Shown here one piece after another: positions 6,709-13,047 of a DNA stretch of 28,073 nucleotides. Within the stretch, counting starts at the first letter, position 1; each line of letters opens with the position of its first letter. Position numbers and translations under genes: made by a program. Source of the DNA: a virus; IMG/VR virus record IMGVR_UViG_3300021255_001591, positions 1 through 28,073 of that record, one strand, 5' to 3'. The notes under the pieces were generated by a model. That model ran no database searches. It had not been told where the DNA came from and worked only from the letters and a program-made list of their open reading frames with translations.

Positions 6709-6817
6709 GCTGCTGCCGCCTTTCTATGCGTACAACGCTATTTATTCCGAACAGTCCACGGCTCGAGGTCCGCTGTGGGAGGGGAGGGGGGGAGATACCC
6801 CCATAACACCGAAAAAA

Positions 6818-7150
6818 TTAAAAATTTCTCCAATCTGCCGATTGCGGCAAGTCATTATTATTTATTGCCGTTGCTTCCTCAGGGAAGAGAACCGTCACAA
6901 GCTTGTCCGATTTTTGCCGATTGCACATCGAATGAGCAAGCTGCAAATTATTGGGATCGAAAGGGTGACCGCCTTTTGCAAGCGGAATGATATGGTCTAT
7001 ACATGCCGACATTGGATCGGGATATTTGATTTTTTTGTCCACAGGTAGGCCGCATATACCACAAACTGATTGCGTTTTTAGTATTCTTTTTTTTGCCCGT
7101 TCAAACTCGGTGCGGGCTGTGCCCTTATGGTCTGCTCTTTGCTTCGTCAT
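6818..7150 (-). CDS. HNH endonuclease (packaging-associated)
   Basis: CGICG...IDHIIPLAKGG...NLQLAHSMCNRQKSDK is a classic HNH motif. It is the first gene of the late operon, upstream of the terminase. Confidence 0.9.
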   Translation of the reverse strand: MTKQRADHKGTARTEFERAKKRILKTQSVCGICGLPVDKKIKYPDPMSACIDHIIPLAKGGHPFDPNNLQLAHSMCNRQKSDKLVTVLFPEEATAINNNDLPQSADWRNF

Positions 7151-7163
7151 TTTAAATCACCAA

Positions 7164-7198
7164 CAAACAAAAAAGGAGCCGTCTTTGCAAACGGCCCC
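7164..7198 (-). terminator. Strong intrinsic terminator in the leader of the late operon
   Basis: In minus sense the sequence is GGGGCCGTTT-GCAA-AGACGGCTCC. That is a 10-bp stem with two G-U pairs and a GCAA loop, followed by TTTTTTGTTTG. It ends 13 nt before the HNH ATG. Confidence 0.8.
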
Positions 7199-7239
7199 TT
7201 GGAGAAAGGAGAATTTATGAATCAACTTTCTATGTTAAC

Positions 7240-7275
7240 ATTATACCACATGAAAATGTTACTTTGTGTTACTTT
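7240..7275 (-). promoter_or_regulatory. Candidate late promoter: extended -10 (TGgTATAAT) with two 9-bp direct repeats replacing the -35
   Basis: In minus sense: aaagtaaca-c-aaagtaaca-ttttca-TGgTATAAT. The -10 is at 7240-7245 and the TG at 7247-7248. The repeats are at 7257-7265 and 7267-7275, spaced 10 bp apart. No TTGACA-like -35 is present. Confidence 0.55.
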
Positions 7276-7482
7276 TTAAGCTCTTCCTCTTATTTAAAAA
7301 CAGGCGATTCTTTTAAGTCGGCAGTATCAAAACATATCGACTCTCCTTCAATATAGCACTTTATAGACATTACAAAGGGTAAGTTGTACTCTATAAAGTC
7401 CATAAATTCATGTAAATCGTCTCTACCTACCACTTATCCAGTATTTCGCTTATAGCTCTCTCCATTTTGCTTCTCCTTAAGC

Positions 7483-7740
7483 TCATTGACATAAAATCAC
7501 ACGATTTAAGTCTTCCTCATCAAAAAAAATGCAATTTTCGAGAATGCGGCATCTTAAGCTCGTTATCTTTGGAACCACAGCTCCGATCATATCCATAAAT
7601 TCGGATATATTCTTTCTGTCAACCATATAATATGTTTTCCCGTCTTTGCATTTGCGAATTGTCAAGCGTTGAGGGTTCTCTTTGTGCTTATCCTCAAACC
7701 ACACCTCGAAAACTTTATTGATAACTCTATCCATTCTCAT
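7483..7740 (-). CDS. Hypothetical protein
   Basis: 85-aa ORF with ATGA-type overlap to the upstream gene. It is the last gene before the late promoter region. Confidence 0.6.
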   Translation of the reverse strand: MRMDRVINKVFEVWFEDKHKENPQRLTIRKCKDGKTYYMVDRKNISEFMDMIGAVVPKITSLRCRILENCIFFDEEDLNRVILCQ

Positions 7741-8168
7741 TCTCCTTTCACACTAAGCTCCATTACTTCCTTACGGAACATTTCAAGAGCTTCCCCATGC
7801 ATTCTCCTAACATAAATAAAACTGTAATGCATCTCCACCGCAATTTGTTCCAAGCTCTTATACTGTACGTACCGAGCGTATAACAAACGCATGTACTTGT
7901 CATTGGGAAGCTCTTCAATTTCTCTTATAATATTTGTCTGCTTTATTCGAAACGCCAACAGATCCGCTTCAAGCTCTTTCACCAAATCCAAATACTTAAC
8001 AAGCAATTTCTCTTGTCCATTCCCGCCGGAGGTCTGCACCTTGTCTTTCGAATAATCTATCCCCGAAACGTGAATGCATTTCGTTCTTATCTCTTCAATT
8101 TGTTGCTTCCTGTGTTTTAGTTTTTCGTCTAAACATCTTATTTGGCTTAAATATTCTTTCGGTGTCAT
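7737..8168 (-). CDS. Late-gene transcriptional regulator, sigma-70 region-4-like (RinA/ArpU/DUF1492-like)
   Basis: 143 aa. The C-terminal RLLYARYVQYKSLEQIAVEMHYSFIYVRRMHGEALEMF looks like a sigma region-4 HTH. It is positioned just upstream of the packaging genes, as in Firmicutes phages. Confidence 0.6.
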   Translation of the reverse strand: MTPKEYLSQIRCLDEKLKHRKQQIEEIRTKCIHVSGIDYSKDKVQTSGGNGQEKLLVKYLDLVKELEADLLAFRIKQTNIIREIEELPNDKYMRLLYARYVQYKSLEQIAVEMHYSFIYVRRMHGEALEMFRKEVMELSVKGE

Positions 8169-8707
8169 TATTTTATCTCCCTGAAAACATACGGCTCGGG
8201 TTCTCTCGGCGTTCCCTGCAAGCTTCGCAGGTGCTCAACACTTTCGCCGATCCACTTTGAAACCACTTCCGGAGAGTTGTCATTAAGCAAAACTCTTGCC
8301 ATATTTCGGTATTTCGGAGTTCGTTCTGTGTATGGTACGTTTTTTATTTCGTCCCATTCGGGTATTTCCCTGTTCAATATTTCCCTTAAAACCGTTTCAA
8401 AAAAACCGCTTCCCCTTATTCCTCGGAGAGTTTTCTTTATCTCTAAAAATGTCATTTCGGTTATTTCGGAGTGCTCTTTTAGCGCTCGTCTAATATCCTC
8501 TACATGTACATCTGTAAATTCCGATGTCACTCTCGGGAACTTTTTCCAGTTTAGAAATTGTTTCCAGTTAACTTTTTCCATTTCTCCTTTTTCCGTTCCT
8601 TCCTTAACCGCTGCTTCAACACTCTTCGTGAGCGATAGAGCTGAGGGAGTGTCATTTTCGAAAAGTGGCAGTATTGAGGTGCAATTTTTAATCTTTTCGA
8701 GAGCCAT
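8168..8707 (-). CDS. Hypothetical protein (start uncertain: 8707 or internal ATG at 8581)
   Basis: 179-aa ORF. The start at 8707 has no SD and overlaps 8551-8787 by 157 nt out of frame. The internal MEKVNWKQF start at 8581 has aaaggagaa immediately upstream. Confidence 0.6.
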   Translation of the reverse strand: MALEKIKNCTSILPLFENDTPSALSLTKSVEAAVKEGTEKGEMEKVNWKQFLNWKKFPRVTSEFTDVHVEDIRRALKEHSEITEMTFLEIKKTLRGIRGSGFFETVLREILNREIPEWDEIKNVPYTERTPKYRNMARVLLNDNSPEVVSKWIGESVEHLRSLQGTPREPEPYVFREIK

Positions 8708-8787
8708 TTATAAACAGCTCTCTTACTGCCTTTCAATTCGTCCACCATGCTATGACACTCTTTCCTCAACTCTTCGTAAATATCCAT
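8551..8787 (-). CDS. Small protein with the motif YKWLSKRLKI...CHF (resembles phage zinc-finger/DUF3268-like proteins)
   Basis: 78 aa from the ATG at 8787, 1 nt after the stop codon of 8789-9127. The sequence is MDIYEELRKECHSMVDELKGSKRAVYKWLSKRLKIAPQYCHFSKMTLPQL. The family assignment is from memory only. Confidence 0.5.
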   Translation of the reverse strand: MDIYEELRKECHSMVDELKGSKRAVYKWLSKRLKIAPQYCHFSKMTLPQLYRSRRVLKQRLRKERKKEKWKKLTGNNF

Positions 8788-8788
8788 C

Positions 8789-9127
8789 TTATAACTTTGC
8801 AACCATTTTCCCGTGATCGTCAATAAATGTAAATCCTGTTTCATCTTTGATCGTCTGTTCCAGATCGTCAAAGGATATATATCCCTTGTCGAAACTATCA
8901 AGCAAGTTCATCACCTTCGCCGCAAACACTTTCAATCTTTTGCCTCCGAAGCCGTACTCATCTCGCAGCGCCATCAGACTTAGCCCGAACATCTTGACGA
9001 AGCTGTGTACAACCGTTCTTTTTGCTATTTCCATTTTCATTGTCTCGAACTGTTCACGGTTCAGGGTGTAGATAGTATTCTTTTTTGCTTCCTCTTTGGC
9101 TGCTCTTCTTCTTTCCGCACGATTCAT
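8789..9127 (-). CDS. Hypothetical phage protein
   Basis: 112-aa ORF with basic N-terminus MNRAERRRAAKEEAKK. It is tightly packed in the early operon. Confidence 0.65.
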   Translation of the reverse strand: MNRAERRRAAKEEAKKNTIYTLNREQFETMKMEIAKRTVVHSFVKMFGLSLMALRDEYGFGGKRLKVFAAKVMNLLDSFDKGYISFDDLEQTIKDETGFTFIDDHGKMVAKL

Positions 9128-9130
9128 TTT

Positions 9131-9337
9131 TCAGCCTCCCCAATACTTATCACTGAGGCCTAAAATATAGTCGGCGCTGCAATTATATCTCTTACACACT
9201 TTCACCAATGCTTCAAGCACCTTCGTGTTGCGATATTTTATAAGCAAATCTGCATCCCTGCCATACTCGGGGTCTTTCCAATTTACTTGCAGCACCCCGT
9301 TTTCTGTTAGTACCTTGTTCATTCTCTCTTTTATCAT
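9131..9337 (-). CDS. Hypothetical small protein (C-terminus resembles the end of an XRE-type HTH)
   Basis: 68 aa with SD agaaaggagc. The ...CSADYILGLSD motif is typical of the last helix of XRE HTH domains. Confidence 0.55.
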   Translation of the reverse strand: MIKERMNKVLTENGVLQVNWKDPEYGRDADLLIKYRNTKVLEALVKVCKRYNCSADYILGLSDKYWGG

Positions 9338-9357
9338 TTTTTTTGCTCCTTTCTGTC

Positions 9358-9590
9358 TTATAAATCCCCCATACTACCAAAATCTCGATAATCTGGCGCA
9401 TATTTATTTTTGAACACCTTTACTAAGCAATCTCCGTTTTCTTTCTGAAAGAGACATTCATCACATCTAAATTTCAAATCGTCAAATCTTTCATAGTCGT
9501 TTTTGTATCTGCAAAAGTCTTTGTAAACAAATCAAGCAACACCACCGCTTTTGAGATTTCTTCTTTGTCAATATCTTCCCACATACACAT
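9358..9590 (-). pseudogene. Possible frameshifted small Cys-rich gene (two abutting frames)
   Basis: The ATG at 9590 (SD aagga) gives 38 aa and stops at 9474. The -1 frame is open from 9531 to 9358 (57 codons, ...DFCRYKNDYERFDDLKFRCDECLFQKENGDCLVKVF...) but has no ATG. The region where both frames are open, 9474-9531, contains a T5 run at 9500-9504. Confidence 0.35.
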
Positions 9591-9592
9591 CT

Positions 9593-9931
9593 TCATTCCT
9601 TATCCTCACTTCCTGCCTTATCTGCCAAGATTGCAATGCTTTTGGATATATCCGCAAGTATTACGGAGATTGTACCAAGTTGAAGCGGCATCGCTTCCTC
9701 ATAAGTCTCAGCCGGATTAAGTTTTGTCATTGCAGCTAAGTTATTAACAACCTTTCTATTTTCTTCACATCTTGTCGTTTCGCAATGTTTTCCTCTTTCT
9801 TTTAGTTGCTTTAACTCGCCCAACCATTGTGCAAGCTGTTTATGCTCTTCGGCACATTCTTTACATTCACCCTGAGCTGTTATTCCGTTTGCGACTTCTT
9901 CACAATGTTTAATTGCTTCGTCAATTGTCAT
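9593..9931 (-). CDS. Hypothetical protein (Cys-containing, coiled-coil-like)
   Basis: 112-aa ORF with ATGA overlap to the upstream gene. Confidence 0.65.
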   Translation of the reverse strand: MTIDEAIKHCEEVANGITAQGECKECAEEHKQLAQWLGELKQLKERGKHCETTRCEENRKVVNNLAAMTKLNPAETYEEAMPLQLGTISVILADISKSIAILADKAGSEDKE

Positions 9932-10113
9932 TATTCTTCCTCGCTTTCATCGGTAAGTAATACACACGGTTCGGCAACTCCAAAAAACCCATAACTATCT
10001 TTCCTTACGCTATTAACATATCCGACATTTCCAAAAAATTCTGCCTTTTTTGTCATTACTTCAACATCATCATCAAAATCTTTTAGAATATCACACAATT
10101 CTTTTACAGTCAC
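9931..10113 (-). CDS. Hypothetical small protein
   Basis: 60-aa ORF in an operon of tightly coupled genes. Confidence 0.55.
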   Translation of the reverse strand: MTVKELCDILKDFDDDVEVMTKKAEFFGNVGYVNSVRKDSYGFFGVAEPCVLLTDESEEE

Positions 10114-10116
10114 TCC

Positions 10117-10374
10117 TCATTCCTCACTTTCTGCTTTATAAAAGGAATCCCACCACGTAGAATTGAATTTATATTCATTATTTATGATGTAAGTAGACCC
10201 TTGTTCATATACGCTTGCATTTGGGAACATAGCCATAATCATATCGCCATTAGTCAAATTTCCCGCAATCTCTACACAAAAAGCCCTTACTCTATTTCCC
10301 TGTAATAACGGTATTTCTTTTCCTGTTAACAGGTCGTGTAAGTCTATCTTGTCTATGATATATTTATGTGTCAT
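10117..10374 (-). CDS. Hypothetical protein
   Basis: 85-aa ORF that overlaps the stop of the upstream gene (10371-10374). Confidence 0.6.
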   Translation of the reverse strand: MTHKYIIDKIDLHDLLTGKEIPLLQGNRVRAFCVEIAGNLTNGDMIMAMFPNASVYEQGSTYIINNEYKFNSTWWDSFYKAESEE

Positions 10375-10619
10375 ACTTTATCCTCGCTTTTTTTCATTTG
10401 TTCTTCAAGATGTTTTAATTCTTCAATCGGCAACATTCCCGTAGCCACATAAACCTCTTGTTTTATTTGTTGCTCTAACGCTTTGATTGCCTCATCAATA
10501 ACAAAATTAAAACTATCTATGTTTACGCTAAGAACAGCCGTATTTTTACCGCTTTTTGCTGACAGTGTCTTTAATGTTTTTAACATTACTATCACTGTTT
10601 TTAATTCGTCCGCTTTCAT
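10371..10619 (-). CDS. Hypothetical protein
   Basis: 82 aa from the ATG at 10619, with a strong SD gagggag upstream. The longer track start at 10649 lacks an SD. Confidence 0.6.
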   Translation of the reverse strand: MKADELKTVIVMLKTLKTLSAKSGKNTAVLSVNIDSFNFVIDEAIKALEQQIKQEVYVATGMLPIEELKHLEEQMKKSEDKV

Positions 10620-10641
10620 AGTCACTCCCTCACTTTCTGTC

Positions 10642-10935
10642 TTAACCATAAATTTGTTCCAATTCTTCCTCGGTCATTTCTCCTTCAATGGTTTCCGTGG
10701 TATACATCCACTGTATTTCTGCTGATAATCTAAATTTCTTTCCGCACTCATCACAAATAAACTCGCCCCGTTCTCCTTCTTTGTAACAATCGACCTCTTT
10801 GCCGCCTATAAAAGTTTCCTCATAAGTCGGCTCATATATCTTGAGACAATAAGGGCAAATGATAACATCTTCGTATTCCCAATTTGAATACCATTCTTTG
10901 CTTATTCCTCGTTTAACGTCTTCATCAAATTTCAT
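10642..10935 (-). CDS. Zinc-ribbon protein
   Basis: 97 aa with CPYC...CDEC Cys pairs. It overlaps the stop of the replisome organizer gene. Confidence 0.6.
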   Translation of the reverse strand: MKFDEDVKRGISKEWYSNWEYEDVIICPYCLKIYEPTYEETFIGGKEVDCYKEGERGEFICDECGKKFRLSAEIQWMYTTETIEGEMTEEELEQIYG

Positions 10936-11828
10936 GTTGTTCCTCTCTGCCTTTCTCGTTTAAGCTCCAATATCTTTTTCTTTTCCTCTTCGGTATAAGA
11001 AGAGCCTTTAAAATTATTGAAATTATCCTTTTTAAGCTCTTTCTTACTCTTTTCTTCGTCTTGCTTAGCCCACCTTACCAACGTGGCAAGATGATCCGAG
11101 TATTCCTTACCCGTTGCTCTCATATACTCGGAAAGATTATCGATTTTCCTTTGCCAACTTGCAGGATAATGGGCTTTCAAATACTCCAAATCGCCGTCCG
11201 TCAAAAACACATTGGAAAATGTCCCACATGTGTTTATAGAGAGCGAGCTTAATTCTTTCTCTCTCTCTTTCTTTTTATTTTCTTTTTTTTTCCTTTCTCT
11301 TTCTATTTCTCTTTCTCTTTGTTCGTAAATGTCAACATTTACTTCGTTAATGTCAACATTTACTTCGTTAATGTCACATTTTTCAAAAATGGACAGAATG
11401 CCCTTATTGTTTCCCAGAGCCTTCATCTCCGGGAGAGAAAGCATCCAGATGTTTGGGTCAACAGATATATTTTTCCGTCGTGCAGTGGCGATGTAGTACG
11501 TCTCCTGCACCCGTCTCGATGTAATAATACCCTGCTTGTAATGGTCTGCACTAAAGAGTCTTTCTGCCACCAGCATTTCTATTACACCTTCGACTATATC
11601 GGTGTCCGGGCCATATTTCCCTTGCAGCATATACGCTATTTTGACTACTACATTCTTTCTTTTGTCAACATAATACCCCTTGTCTCTGTATATAAGCTCT
11701 AAGAGAATATCGTATATGGCATAACAAATATAGCCGTATTTAATTTTTACAGGGATGAATTTTACATCCTCATATAGATCTGTCGACCTCGGGTAGTAAT
11801 CAAGTCCCACCTTCGAGGGCGCAGCCAT
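10932..11828 (-). CDS. Phage replisome organizer / replication initiator (DUF4373/Lin1244-like N-terminal domain)
   Basis: 298 aa. The N-terminus GLDYYPRSTDLYEDVKFIPVKIKYGYICYAIYDILLELIYRDKGYY fits the Lin1244-like domain. It has an internal charged linker and DNA iterons, and ssb lies upstream in the same early operon. Confidence 0.7.
   Translation of the reverse strand: MAAPSKVGLDYYPRSTDLYEDVKFIPVKIKYGYICYAIYDILLELIYRDKGYYVDKRKNVVVKIAYMLQGKYGPDTDIVEGVIEMLVAERLFSADHYKQGIITSRRVQETYYIATARRKNISVDPNIWMLSLPEMKALGNNKGILSIFEKCDINEVNVDINEVNVDIYEQREREIERERKKKENKKKEREKELSSLSINTCGTFSNVFLTDGDLEYLKAHYPASWQRKIDNLSEYMRATGKEYSDHLATLVRWAKQDEEKSKKELKKDNFNNFKGSSYTEEEKKKILELKRERQRGTT
11328..11376. repeat. Tandem 21-bp iterons (2 perfect copies plus a partial third) inside the replication gene; candidate ori
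   Basis: aatgtcaacatttacttcgtt occurs at 11328-11348 and 11349-11369, followed by aatgtca. It sits next to a 68-nt tract at 11253-11320 that is all pyrimidine on the + strand except for two A. Confidence 0.75.
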
Positions 11829-11859
11829 CTAATCACCTCCCTTTTCCGAATCGTTGAAA

Positions 11860-12060
11860 TCACTCGATATGGAAATTGCAGAAAGTTTCCATTGTCATAT
11901 CAAGATTTTTTTGTATTTCTTTCTCTGTTCTATCCTTAAGCTCTTCACGCATTCTTTTTTCCCTTTCCTCGGCTATAAATGTTCTTAGGTCAAAGCCCAC
12001 CAAGAAGCCGAATGCCATAAGCATGGTTATCATCAAGAGCGAAATCATCAAATCTTCCAT
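11860..12060 (-). CDS. Small membrane protein
   Basis: 66 aa with a strong SD ggaggaaaaagg. It has an N-terminal TM (LMISLLMITMLMAFGFLVGF) and a charged C-terminus. Confidence 0.6.
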   Translation of the reverse strand: MEDLMISLLMITMLMAFGFLVGFDLRTFIAEEREKRMREELKDRTEKEIQKNLDMTMETFCNFHIE

Positions 12061-12086
12061 CCTTTTTCCTCCTATCCTATAATTTG

Positions 12087-12536
12087 TTAAAACGGCAAAT
12101 CATCATCATCATCAACAGGTACCGGTGTGAATGATGTTTTACTGTTCTTACTGTTCTTGTTCCCTTTGGTTCCCTTTGTCGGCTTCGTCTCGTTGGTTGC
12201 CGGAGCTTCGTCAGACTTCTTCTTGCTTTCGCAAAATTCGAACCCGTTGACATAGAAAACAATGTCGTAATGTTTCCTATTTTCTTTATCTGTCCAGTTG
12301 TTATTCCTTGCCTCACACTCAAGCAAGAGCTTAGTTCCCTTTGTCACTTGGCATTTCCCGAAGGTTTCGGCTATGCCATCGAAGGCGACGCAGCTAAAGA
12401 AGTCTGCATCGGGTTGTCCTTCCTGTTTGAATCGTCTGTCAACGGCAAACCAGAATTTGCAAACGCCTTTGCCCGAAGCCGTTCGAAAATATTCGGGGTC
12501 GGTTGCAATGCGCCCCATGAATGTAATGCTGTTCAC
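12087..12536 (-). CDS. ssb: Single-stranded DNA-binding protein
   Basis: It has an OB-fold N-terminus (V)NSITFMGRIATDPEY and an acidic tip DDDDDLPF. The GTG start at 12536 has aaggagg 6 nt upstream and overlaps the upstream stop (GTGTGA). The ATG at 12569 in the track is less likely. Confidence 0.9.
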   Translation of the reverse strand: MNSITFMGRIATDPEYFRTASGKGVCKFWFAVDRRFKQEGQPDADFFSCVAFDGIAETFGKCQVTKGTKLLLECEARNNNWTDKENRKHYDIVFYVNGFEFCESKKKSDEAPATNETKPTKGTKGNKNSKNSKTSFTPVPVDDDDDLPF

Positions 12537-12739
12537 ACAATATCCTCCTTGAATATATTGTAGATCCACCGTCTGCCGTTATACTCGGCAGTGCCGAAGC
12601 TTGCTTCACCGTTACGCAACTTGTACGCAACGTCTAAGGCGGTTGTGCCTAAGAGCTTAGCAGCCTCGGCACATGTAATTTTTGTTTTTTGCCCTCTTAA
12701 GCTCATGATGAGAGCTTCTTCTTCCTTGGTAAGGTTCAT
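12533..12739 (-). CDS. Small HTH DNA-binding protein of the early operon (Cro/excisionase-like)
   Basis: 68 aa with SD gggaggtaag. ITCAEAAKLLGTTALDVAYKLRNGE is a helix-turn-helix-like segment. Confidence 0.55.
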   Translation of the reverse strand: MNLTKEEEALIMSLRGQKTKITCAEAAKLLGTTALDVAYKLRNGEASFGTAEYNGRRWIYNIFKEDIV

Positions 12740-12784
12740 TCTCTTACCTCCCTTTTCCCTTGCGAGTGGGTTTGTTTTGTTTGC

Positions 12785-12904
12785 TTAGCTTGCCTTATCA
12801 AGCTCTTTCTGTGTTCTTAATCCGAGCATAAAACCGTAAACGATTTTCTTTTCATCGTCTGTCAAGCTTAACACCGTTACAGCAAATTTCTTTAAAACGT
12901 CCAT
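12785..12904 (-). CDS. Hypothetical 39-aa protein, first ORF of the early leftward operon (below ORF-track cutoff)
   Basis: Hand translation gives MDVLKKFAVTVLSLTDDEKKIVYGFMLGLRTQKELDKAS. The SD aaaggaggg lies 6 nt upstream of the ATG at 12904, downstream of the predicted early promoter. Confidence 0.45.
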   Translation of the reverse strand: MDVLKKFAVTVLSLTDDEKKIVYGFMLGLRTQKELDKAS

Positions 12905-12937
12905 GTGTTTTCCCTCCTTTCTGTTGATTACATTAAC

Positions 12938-12966
12938 ATATTACATCATTCAATTAACTTTGTCAA
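12938..12966 (-). promoter_or_regulatory. Early lytic promoter (TTGACA-17-TAATAT)
   Basis: In minus sense, TTGACA is at 12966-12961, followed by a 17-nt spacer and TAATAT at 12943-12938. It lies in the divergent region opposite the repressor gene. Confidence 0.65.
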
Positions 12967-12996
12967 TAGTTTTTTATTCATTTAGTTAACTTTTTA

Positions 12997-13025
12997 TTGA
13001 CTTTTTTTGCTTTCTTTAATATAAT
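12997..13025 (+). promoter_or_regulatory. Repressor (maintenance) promoter (TTGACT-17-TATAAT)
   Basis: TTGACT is at 12997-13002, followed by a 17-nt spacer and TATAAT at 13020-13025. This is 22 nt upstream of the repressor ATG. Confidence 0.65.
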
Positions 13026-13047
13026 AATCAATGTGGAGGTGAAAATA

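Noticed and set aside
7217-7279. 20-aa plus-strand mini-ORF with an aaaggaga SD in the late leader region
   Set aside because: It lies on the strand opposite all local transcription signals and overlaps the predicted late promoter. The SD-like sequence is the complement of the pyrimidine-rich leader. It is most likely coincidental.
8277-8816. 179-aa plus-strand ORF in the early region
   Set aside because: It is antisense to two or three tightly packed minus-strand genes. The translation is low-complexity (S/F/L-rich) and has no RBS. All neighbouring genes are on the minus strand.
12537-12569. ATG at 12569 as the ssb start
   Set aside because: It would overlap the upstream gene by 37 nt and add an atypical 11-aa leader. 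The GTG at 12536 has a consensus aaggagg SD and gives the canonical (M)NSITFMGR SSB N-terminus.
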